Shown here in pieces: positions 9,213 to 15,851 of a stretch of 32,000 bases of DNA (positions within the stretch are counted from its first letter, which is position 1; every line of letters starts with the position of its first letter). The DNA lies in NCBI GenBank assembly GCA_003056265.1, contig NBVN01000002.1, forward strand, positions 540,001 through 572,000, given 5' to 3'. The stretch is from Zestosphaera tikiterensis (GTDB lineage Archaea; Thermoproteota; Thermoprotei_A; Sulfolobales; NBVN01). Under the pieces are notes generated by a model, which was not told the DNA's origin, searched no databases, and saw only the letters and a list, made by a program, of their open reading frames with translations. Made by a program: the position numbers and the translations under genes.

Positions 9213-10370
9213 TCACCTCCTCAACTCGTTAAGTACCTCCTTTAAGTTTTGAAGCATCTCCTCAATATACTCTTTAGGCATGTAACCCATATGCCCTATC
9301 CTAAACGACGTCTTCTTAAATTTGCCGTAACCCGCCGCTAATTCATACCCGCGTGCTTTCATCCTGCTATATATTTCATATCCGTCTATTCCTTGAGGTG
9401 CTTTAACGGCGGTTATCGTCGGTGATTCGTAACCTTTCCTAGCGAATAACTCCAAACCTAAGTTCTTAACTCCGGATCTAACCATCTCAGCTCTCTCTAA
9501 GTACATGTTTAACCAGGCGTGCTTACCCCCCATAAGGTCAACAACCCTAAGCATCGCGTTAATACCTATGATTTGAGGTATTGGGGGCGTGGAGGGTGTT
9601 GACCACTCCTTCTCCTGGTAGTGAACGTATTTAAGAACGTCGAAATACCAGCCTCTGTTAGGTATTGATTCAGCCTTCTTTAAAGCTTCCTTACTGAATA
9701 TGCCGATGGCGAGTCCGGGCGGTACCCCGAAAGCTTTCTGACTACTTGTGAAAACTACGTCAAGACCCCACTCATCGAATTTTATATCTGCGGCGCCCAT
9801 GGCTGAGACCGCGTCAACGAAGACTAACTTGCCGTGTTTCTTAGCTACTTGAGCTAATTCCTTAAGCGGGTTTAAAACTCCGGTGCTTGTTTCGTTGTAT
9901 GTTATAGTTACGGCCTCAACCTCAGGGTGTTTAGTTAAGGCCTCATCTAAGTCTTCAGGTAGTACGGGCTCACCGGCTCCCTTCTCTAAAACTATAGGTT
10001 TCCTTCCATTGCTTTCAACTACCTCTCTATACCTAGACCCGAACTCCCCAATCACCGTAACTAAAACGCTTCCGTTAGGGGTTATGAAGTTTCTAACGCT
10101 GGCTTCCATAACTCCAGTTCCGCTGCTGGGGAATAGGAGTACCGTGCCTTCACGTACTTCAGCAAATTTAGCTAACCTCTCGACAGTGTCTTTATGTAGT
10201 TCCCTATACTCTTTAGATCTATGGCTAAACATCTGAAACTTCATAACCTCAAGGACTTCGGGGAAGCACGCCACAGGCCCCGCCGTAAACAGCTTTAAAG
10301 GTGTGGGCCAAACCAACTTATAAAGTTCCTCCACCACGTTACCGTATTTAAGACTCAAGTACTTCACCAA
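9213..10370 (-). CDS. Class V PLP aminotransferase (phosphoserine / serine-glyoxylate type)
   Basis: Contains ...VDAVSAMG...FTSSQKAFGVPPG... (PLP-lysine motif). It ends 4 nt upstream of serA. Confidence 0.75.
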   Translation of the reverse strand: MVKYLSLKYGNVVEELYKLVWPTPLKLFTAGPVACFPEVLEVMKFQMFSHRSKEYRELHKDTVERLAKFAEVREGTVLLFPSSGTGVMEASVRNFITPNGSVLVTVIGEFGSRYREVVESNGRKPIVLEKGAGEPVLPEDLDEALTKHPEVEAVTITYNETSTGVLNPLKELAQVAKKHGKLVFVDAVSAMGAADIKFDEWGLDVVFTSSQKAFGVPPGLAIGIFSKEALKKAESIPNRGWYFDVLKYVHYQEKEWSTPSTPPIPQIIGINAMLRVVDLMGGKHAWLNMYLERAEMVRSGVKNLGLELFARKGYESPTITAVKAPQGIDGYEIYSRMKARGYELAAGYGKFKKTSFRIGHMGYMPKEYIEEMLQNLKEVLNELRR

Positions 10371-10591
10371 ATTACTTTAACGTTAAGATCTAATTAATCT
10401 TAATTGTTTTGCCTATGTTTAGCGTGTGACATACCCATACTTCAAAAACGTTTTAACTACTAACTGCTTACATAAAACAATACGTTCTTTACTCACTGTT
10501 ATCTAATGAGGTCTTTCGTAATCAACGCTTTAAGTGTGATGTTTTCAATACTTAAACGTTATTAAGGTATTTACTAAGTTAATACCTGGCG

Positions 10592-10765
10592 TTGAAAATG
10601 ATATCGCCTACTTTAAATTATAAAGGCGTTATAGACGAGATGCTTGGGGAGAAGGCCTTCGCATATATAGCTAAGGCTAAGGAGTTAGCTAGCAAGGGTT
10701 TCGACGTGATATCCTTCGGCGTTGGTCAGCCTGACATACCGACGCCACCCCACATAATTGAGGAG
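10592..10765 (+). pseudogene. N-terminal fragment (~58 codons) of a class I (aspartate-type) aminotransferase, interrupted by the tnpB element
   Basis: Reads ...AKELASKGFDVISFGVGQPDIPTPPHIIEE, the hallmark N-terminal G.PD..TP..I segment. Host-like sequence stops at about 10765 and is replaced by a GC-rich hairpin of the element. Confidence 0.65.
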
Positions 10766-12206
10766 GATGACCCTCTCCCCGCCTTGAAGGGCGGGGTTTC
10801 ACTGCTGGGTCTTGAGCGATACCCCTCCTTAAGGGGGTTACGGGCTTAACACCGTTATGAGTCACAATAAAACTCTCAACCTTCTTAACACTAACAACGT
10901 AACCAACTCTATAAGCGATGTTCGTAGCGGCATTCAAATCAGCATTCATCTTCCTCCCACTTACACTACACACGTACAACCCCCTATGCACTCTAGCGTT
11001 TTCGTGAATAACGTGACACACTGAGCACTCTCTGCTGGTGTTGTTCTCAAGAACGATGAATAACTCAATACCATATTCTTTTAGCACATCATATAACCAT
11101 TGTGTTATTTTTCTAAACCACCAAATGTTTGTGTTGTGCTCGTTACCGTTATCCTGAGTGATCATGTAGGGATATCCTAAGTATACACTCTTAACACTCC
11201 TCTCATGCAACTCCTTGGCTAGGAATCTAACGGCGGTTCTGTAGAGGTGTCTTAACCTCTCACTACTTTTAAATAACGCTCTTAAATATCTATGGTGAAA
11301 CCTCTCCCAAATCTTAAGACCGTTATTCCTCATTAAATCTCTAGTGGCTTGCGTGTTCCTCTTCTCAGACTTCCACCAGTAATACTCAGACTTAACAACA
11401 CCACCCTTCACCAGTATAGCATCACCACTCGTTACCACCGCAGCAAACAAGTTATTCAAACCTATATCAACGAATGCCGCCTCCTCCCCTCTGGGCTTCC
11501 CCCGCTGAATTTTATCACACCCACCCCTAATGTAACCCTTCGGATTGCTTTTTGAAGGATCCTCACCGACTTCTATTGGTATGTATGCGAACCATCTGTT
11601 AAATTCGTGCTTTATTTCAAGCCTGCCCTGCTTACCAGACCATTTGATCCTACCGACGTATTTAACCTTCACATTAAAGTCTTTGAGGGTGATGTATCCT
11701 TCACCGTTATTGACTTGCTCTATATAGTACCTATCGCTTCTGATGATGATTCTTTTAATTCTTTTCCCTAATGTTTTATCTTTCCAGTATCCTGGTGGTG
11801 TGAGTTTTTTGATGAATGGTGGTAGTTTACCCTCTTTCTTAAGTTTTAAGAGTTTAAAGAATGAGTTCCATGCTTCGTTATTCTTATTTAATACTTGCTG
11901 TGTTGTAACACACCCAACGAGTTTCTTATATCTCTCGTAATATTCTCTATAGGTTTCCTCTATATTGACCTTTTTCTTTTCGAAGAATGCTTTCCTCCTA
12001 ACGTAGTTCACCTCATTCCAAAGCTTGGAACACGTGTCAGCGATTTTACGTAGGCGTTTGTCCTGTTGTTTTGTTGGTAGAAGTCTAAGTCTGACAGTCC
12101 TAACACTTTCTTTCTTTGTTTTGAGGAGGTTGGGAACCTCCATGGCTGGCATTACGGTGGGGTTTCCCCCCACCAGGGACATCCGCTGTTTTTGTTGGCC
12201 AGCCAT
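10689..12206 (-). CDS. tnpB: TnpB (OrfB) RNA-guided nuclease of an IS200/IS605-family, IS1341-type element; no tnpA present
   Basis: The N-terminus ...VRTVRLRLLPTKQQDKRL...CSKLWNEV is typical of OrfB. Other motifs are RuvC-I AFVDIGLNN, a TS.ECSVCH zinc-finger region and RuvC-III KMNADLNAATNIA. The last ~25 codons appear to read through the element end into antisense host sequence. M19 or M22 are alternative starts. Confidence 0.85.
   Translation of the reverse strand: MAGQQKQRMSLVGGNPTVMPAMEVPNLLKTKKESVRTVRLRLLPTKQQDKRLRKIADTCSKLWNEVNYVRRKAFFEKKKVNIEETYREYYERYKKLVGCVTTQQVLNKNNEAWNSFFKLLKLKKEGKLPPFIKKLTPPGYWKDKTLGKRIKRIIIRSDRYYIEQVNNGEGYITLKDFNVKVKYVGRIKWSGKQGRLEIKHEFNRWFAYIPIEVGEDPSKSNPKGYIRGGCDKIQRGKPRGEEAAFVDIGLNNLFAAVVTSGDAILVKGGVVKSEYYWWKSEKRNTQATRDLMRNNGLKIWERFHHRYLRALFKSSERLRHLYRTAVRFLAKELHERSVKSVYLGYPYMITQDNGNEHNTNIWWFRKITQWLYDVLKEYGIELFIVLENNTSRECSVCHVIHENARVHRGLYVCSVSGRKMNADLNAATNIAYRVGYVVSVKKVESFIVTHNGVKPVTPLRRGIAQDPAVKPRPSRRGEGHPPQLCGVASVCQADQRRRISRRNPC
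10760..10900 (-). ncRNA. Candidate omega-RNA (reRNA) scaffold overlapping the tnpB 3' end and right end
   Basis: In tnpB sense there is a weak 4-bp hairpin at 10822-10837 and a 7-bp GC hairpin CCCCGCC-CUUCAA-GGCGGGG (10777-10796) just before the element/host junction. The location matches the known TnpB guide-RNA architecture. The exact extent is not determinable by eye. Confidence 0.4.
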
Positions 12207-12290
12207 AGAATTCCCAACCTAAGTGTTATGTAAGTTTTAAGCTTTATAAGTTTAACCTATCTATCCCCATCCTAAAGAGGCGAGGCTTTT
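10766..12290 (-). mobile_element. Solo-tnpB IS200/IS605-family insertion (ends approximate, +/- 20 nt)
   Basis: One side is bounded by the break in aminotransferase homology (~10766). The other is bounded by a short putative aminotransferase C-terminal remnant (~12272-12346). Codon usage is A-ending, unlike the neighbours. A GC-rich subterminal hairpin sits at 10777-10796. Confidence 0.6.
12243..12249 (-). promoter_or_regulatory. TATA box upstream of tnpB
   Basis: The minus strand reads CTTATAAAG, 37-43 nt upstream of the ATG at 12206. Confidence 0.35.
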
Positions 12291-12346
12291 CAGCTGTAAA
12301 AAGAATTAAAGAATTCGTTGATGAATTACTCCATGCTAAAACTTAA
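12272..12346 (+). pseudogene. Possible C-terminal remnant of the same aminotransferase
   Basis: The frame ending at TAA 12344-12346 reads ...RGFSAVKRIKEFVDELLHAKT*. This resembles the ...A..RI..F... C-terminal helix of class I aminotransferases. It is very short, so the call is weak. Confidence 0.3.
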
Positions 12347-12522
12347 AATAGGCTGAGGTTAAATCGATAATGGATGAAGAACGCTGTCGCTACTGACGAT
12401 AGATGAGGAAAGAACTCCCGCCTGATTAAAAACAGTTTTACTTTCACTTAAGTCCCACCATGTACGAAAAATCCAGCAGTTCTTAACTATAACTCACTCA
12501 AGAAACAACAGGGACGGAGGAA

Positions 12523-12696
12523 ATGAGGATAGTATCAATTAAAATACCGGAAAACCTACTTGAGGAGTTAGATAGTTACGCATACAGAAACAACATGAGC
12601 AGATCCGACGTAATCAGACTAGCCATAAAAACATACCTAGCCAACAACAATACACCAAAACCAAAAATCAAAATAAGAAGAGTCGCGTTATTTTAA
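12523..12696 (+). CDS. Ribbon-helix-helix (CopG/Arc-type) protein, 57 aa
   Basis: My translation is MRIVSIKIPENLLEELDSYAYRNNMSRSDVIRLAIKTYLANNNTPKPKIKIRRVALF*, with GGAGG 5 nt upstream of the ATG. It is too short for the ORF track. It shows the classic beta-strand/helix/helix pattern (.I.IP..L...LD......SRS..IR.AI..YL). Confidence 0.65.
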   Translation: MRIVSIKIPENLLEELDSYAYRNNMSRSDVIRLAIKTYLANNNTPKPKIKIRRVALF

Positions 12697-12990
12697 ACCC
12701 CAACCACAAACGTATGACATACTCAGCCAGCCACCCCTTAAAAACTTTAAAGTAAAGACGTCCATTCAGTACTTAAGGGAAATCACTTACTTTAAGATAG
12801 CTTACTCACGACCACATAACCCAGTAAGAAAGCTCGTGTGAGGAACATTAATCAGAGCACGCACGTGTTATTAAACTTTAACTTACTCGTTAAATAATAT
12901 ATTGACGTCCACGAGATGTTAGTAATTATAGACTTACGTGTCCGTCTCCTTAAATAATAAAACGTTAAGGCAATTAAAGGAAGTTAATCC

Positions 12991-12999
12991 TTTTAATTT
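12991..12999 (+). promoter_or_regulatory. TATA box for tRNA-Pro
   Basis: TTTTAATTT lies 22-30 nt upstream of the tRNA 5' end. Confidence 0.45.
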
Positions 13000-13020
13000 C
13001 TGATGTAATTTGTTTTAGAA

Positions 13021-13094
13021 GGGGCCGTAGTTTAGCTTGGTAGAATGCGGGGCTTGGGTCCCCGTGGTCCGGGGTTCAAATCCCCGCGGCCCCA
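13021..13094 (+). tRNA. tRNA-Pro (anticodon UGG), no intron, CCA not encoded
   Basis: Reads GGGGCCG-TA-GTTT..GAAT-G-CGGGG-CTTGGGT-CCCCG-TGGTC-CGGGG-TTCAAAT-CCCCG-CGGCCCC-A, 74 nt. Confidence 0.9.
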
Positions 13095-13260
13095 CTAAAT
13101 TAAATCCGAAGTACCTAATTGCATACTTCATCATACTTCTACTAGGTGCCAACAGCAGAGGTTGAAGAAACTTTGAAGGGGTTGAGGTGATGGGAAAGCG
13201 ATTAGAGGTATTAAAAGTGGTGAGAAACGATGGACCTCAAGCTATGGCTTAAAGAACCTG

Positions 13261-14223
13261 CTATTGGTTTATACCTGGGTCGATATTGATTAGGTTTTCT
13301 TTGACTGTTGTTAATAGGTTTGTGAGGTTTTCGTTGCCTTTAAGCACTTTTTCGAATGCTGTAAGTAGTTCTGGCCTGTTTTTAAGTATTTCCTTGATTC
13401 CCTCCTTCACTGTTTCAAGTATTGTTAACTCTAGTTCTAAACTTCTACGTGCTTTTCTTTTGTTTTGCATGAAGTCTGTTTTCATGATGTGGTTTTCTCT
13501 TTCTTTTATTACCTGTATTAATGGTTTAACGTTATGTAGGCTTATCGCGCTAGTCATGACTATTTTAGGCGTCCATCCGTTTTTAACGACGCCTGATATC
13601 GCGAACTCTACCTGACCGAATGTGATGTTCGCTCCCGGTAGGTCTGCTTTGTTTATTACGTATATGTCGCCTATCTCCATTATACCTGCTTTTAAAGCTT
13701 GTATCTCATCCCCTGCTTCAGGCATTAAAACAACTGCCACGGTGTCGGCTGTCTTCACAACTCTCGTGTTGAATTGCCCTACTCCAGGGGTTTCTATAAG
13801 TATGTAGTCGAACCCTATACCTTCAAGTAACTCCACACATAGAAGGACTTTAAGAGGTAGCGCCTCCTCCTCATATGTCGTCATAGACCTCATGAAAGCT
13901 GTCTGAGGTAGTGACTTCATCCTCACCCTATCCCCTAATATAGCGCCTCCAGTAAACGGTGATTTAGGATCTACGGCTAAAATAGCTACTCTATACCCCT
14001 CCTGAGAAAGTAGTTGCGTAACCGCAGACACTAAAGTCGACTTCCCAACACCGGCAGACCCCGTAAACCCAATCACGTGTGTTTTCACGAACTCATCTCT
14101 TACGAAATACTTAAGTATCTGAAAGGACTTAAGGGGGTTTTCCTCAATCGCCGATATCAACTTACTTATAGCGGCTTTATCGAATTCCTTAGACTTCCTC
14201 ACTAAATACTCCACATCACTCAC
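13261..14223 (-). CDS. meaB: MeaB/ArgK-family G3E GTPase (methylmalonyl-CoA mutase chaperone type)
   Basis: Motifs are GFTGSAGVGKSTL (P-loop), DPKSPFTGGAILGDRVRM, ETPGVGQ and NKADL. The GTG start overlaps the upstream stop (GTGA). Confidence 0.8.
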   Translation of the reverse strand: MSDVEYLVRKSKEFDKAAISKLISAIEENPLKSFQILKYFVRDEFVKTHVIGFTGSAGVGKSTLVSAVTQLLSQEGYRVAILAVDPKSPFTGGAILGDRVRMKSLPQTAFMRSMTTYEEEALPLKVLLCVELLEGIGFDYILIETPGVGQFNTRVVKTADTVAVVLMPEAGDEIQALKAGIMEIGDIYVINKADLPGANITFGQVEFAISGVVKNGWTPKIVMTSAISLHNVKPLIQVIKERENHIMKTDFMQNKRKARRSLELELTILETVKEGIKEILKNRPELLTAFEKVLKGNENLTNLLTTVKENLINIDPGINQ

Positions 14224-15275
14224 AGCTCAACACCTCCAACAACGTGTTTAACGCCGTTCCCAGTAATCGGAACGACCACAACGCCGTCCATCAACCCCTC
14301 CTTAATCAACAACTTAGCTGCGGCGTAACCGTAAGCGCTCGTAGGCTCAGCTAAAACACCCCTACCCCACAACTCCTTAATATAAGGCTTAACAACCTCA
14401 TCATCTAACACTACGTAATACCCTCCAGTCTCGCTTAAGATCTTCGCCACATGCTCAAGCCTAGGTGCGTCAGTCAACCTAATACCGTCTGGAAGCACAG
14501 CTTTAGATCTGCAGACGTCGTAACGAGGTCTTACATACTTACGTAGTGAGTCATAACCACATGCTTGAACGGCAACTATCTTAGGCACCTCCTCAACCAA
14601 CCCAGCCTTAAGCAACTCAACGTAACCCTTCCACAAACCTATCACTAAAGTACCGCTAGCTAAAGGGCTAACCACGTAATCCACGCGTTTAAACTCCCTC
14701 ACCAACTCTAAAGCGAGGTCCTTCACCCCCTCCAGGAAGTACGGGTTTACCCTATGGCCTACGTAACAACCTTCGGAATCATTAACAGCTAATCTAGCGG
14801 CTTCATCCCTACTGGGGGCTTCCACGATAGTAGCGCCTAAAGCTCTTATCAACCTCCTCTTACCTAATGGGGCGTCTGCAGGCACGTAGATCTTAGCCTT
14901 CAACCCAGCGTAACCGGCGTAAGCGCTGAACGATATGCCTGCGTTACCAGAAGAATCCTCAACAATCGTTGAGCAACCCCTGAAAACAGCTTCAGAAACC
15001 GCTGAAGCAGCACCCCTATCTTTAAAAGAGCCTGTAGGGTTTAAGCTCTCAAGCTTTAAGTAAACCCCGTCAAACCTTATGATGGGGGTTCTGCCCTCAC
15101 CTAAGCTAACCCTCCTCAACTCAGCATCAACTAAAGTGTTAACCTCACTTAACCCCTCAGCTTTTAACTCATGCTTAACCAGTAGGTACTCACCGCATGA
15201 AGCACATCTGTAAAGACCGGGGCTATACTCATACGTCCTACCACACTTCCAACAAACTAAGTCCAACCAACACAC
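14220..15275 (-). CDS. thrC: Threonine-synthase-like fold-type II PLP enzyme with an N-terminal Cys4 zinc ribbon
   Basis: Contains CWKCG...CASCG followed by ESLNPTGSFKDRGA (PLP-lysine motif) and SSGNAG. GTG start. Confidence 0.65.
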   Translation of the reverse strand: MCWLDLVCWKCGRTYEYSPGLYRCASCGEYLLVKHELKAEGLSEVNTLVDAELRRVSLGEGRTPIIRFDGVYLKLESLNPTGSFKDRGAASAVSEAVFRGCSTIVEDSSGNAGISFSAYAGYAGLKAKIYVPADAPLGKRRLIRALGATIVEAPSRDEAARLAVNDSEGCYVGHRVNPYFLEGVKDLALELVREFKRVDYVVSPLASGTLVIGLWKGYVELLKAGLVEEVPKIVAVQACGYDSLRKYVRPRYDVCRSKAVLPDGIRLTDAPRLEHVAKILSETGGYYVVLDDEVVKPYIKELWGRGVLAEPTSAYGYAAAKLLIKEGLMDGVVVVPITGNGVKHVVGGVEL

Positions 15276-15354
15276 CCAACGAAGTAATTCATAAACGATA
15301 ATAAGCTTTAACCGTTTTATGAAATTCGCTTAAAAGAACGTTGAAGTTTAAGCT

Positions 15355-15618
15355 TTAATAAACTAACACCACGTTGGCTTTCCTAACACGTACGCCGAAG
15401 CTGTTCTTAGGCATTTTAAATTCGTTCCTACTTTTAAGTTCATTCGTTAAAACCCCTATGTACTCGCTTATCGCGTCTCTTATGAAGTCACTCTTATTTA
15501 CGTAGTTTAAATCCTTACATGCTTTCTCAATTAAACTGTCTAAACTTCTTGGAATCCTAAGCGTAAGCGTTCTAGACTTACCTACATCTAATTCCATAAC
15601 TAGCACTTCATCCACCAA
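15355..15618 (-). CDS. Ribbon-helix-helix (CopG-type) DNA-binding protein
   Basis: Contains ...RTLTLRIPRSLDSLIEKACKDLNYVNKSDFIRDAISEYI... A TATA box (ATATAAAT, 15623-15630, minus) sits only a few nt from the TTG at 15618. A leaderless start at ATG 15597 (MELDVG...) is therefore more likely. Confidence 0.65.
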   Translation of the reverse strand: MVDEVLVMELDVGKSRTLTLRIPRSLDSLIEKACKDLNYVNKSDFIRDAISEYIGVLTNELKSRNEFKMPKNSFGVRVRKANVVLVY

Positions 15619-15851
15619 TTAAATTTATATGCGATCATGTAAATAAGTACCTCAGAATGTATTTCGTTGAGTATTATCCTTATAGATGGCGGGATCTCAA
15701 TAATACATTGAATACTTAACACGCAAATCTTTTACGTATTATTAATATTTTAAGTTAGAAACGTTTATAAACGCTATCATTTTGAGGACGACTTCATTTT
15801 AGGCTATTTTTTATAGTATTACCGCTCTTCAGCCAAACAAAACATAGGGCT

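Noticed and set aside
10565-10587. Inverted repeat AGGTATT-N9-AATACCT just upstream of the aminotransferase pseudogene start
   Set aside because: It is only 7 bp and AT-rich, so it is plausible by chance in this genome, and the gene it would regulate is dead.
10766-10849. C-terminal part of the 85-aa plus ORF (DDPLPALKGGVSLLGLERYPSLRGLRA)
   Set aside because: This is a readout of the tnpB element's right-end hairpins rather than aminotransferase sequence. Only about 10592-10765 is genuine gene remnant.
11349-12222. Four plus-strand ORFs (60-68 aa) in the track, antisense to tnpB
   Set aside because: They are low-complexity Leu/Ser/Pro-rich shadow frames of a gene with clear TnpB motifs on the other strand, and have no motifs of their own. 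The same reasoning applies to these other antisense track ORFs: 1541-1741, 2822-3025, 3512-3748, 5861-6115, 8895-9134, 9883-10236, 13286-13807, 16021-16314, 16705-17061, 18452-18960, 19807-20182, 22045-22821, 23868-24170, 24753-24953, 27848-28120, 29144-29434, 30204-30395 and 31328-31774.
12318-12410. TTGATGA ... CTGA ... GGATGA ... CTGA in C/D'/C'/D order
   Set aside because: The spacers are 28 and 15 nt instead of ~12, and both C-like boxes deviate from RUGAUGA. The first box lies within the putative aminotransferase C-terminal remnant.
13021-13260. tRNA-Pro as an integration site (looked for a direct repeat of its 3' half and an integrase)
   Set aside because: No partial tRNA-Pro copy and no integrase fragment occur anywhere in the window. 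The odd-composition DNA lies 5' of the tRNA rather than 3', which does not fit tRNA-targeted integration.
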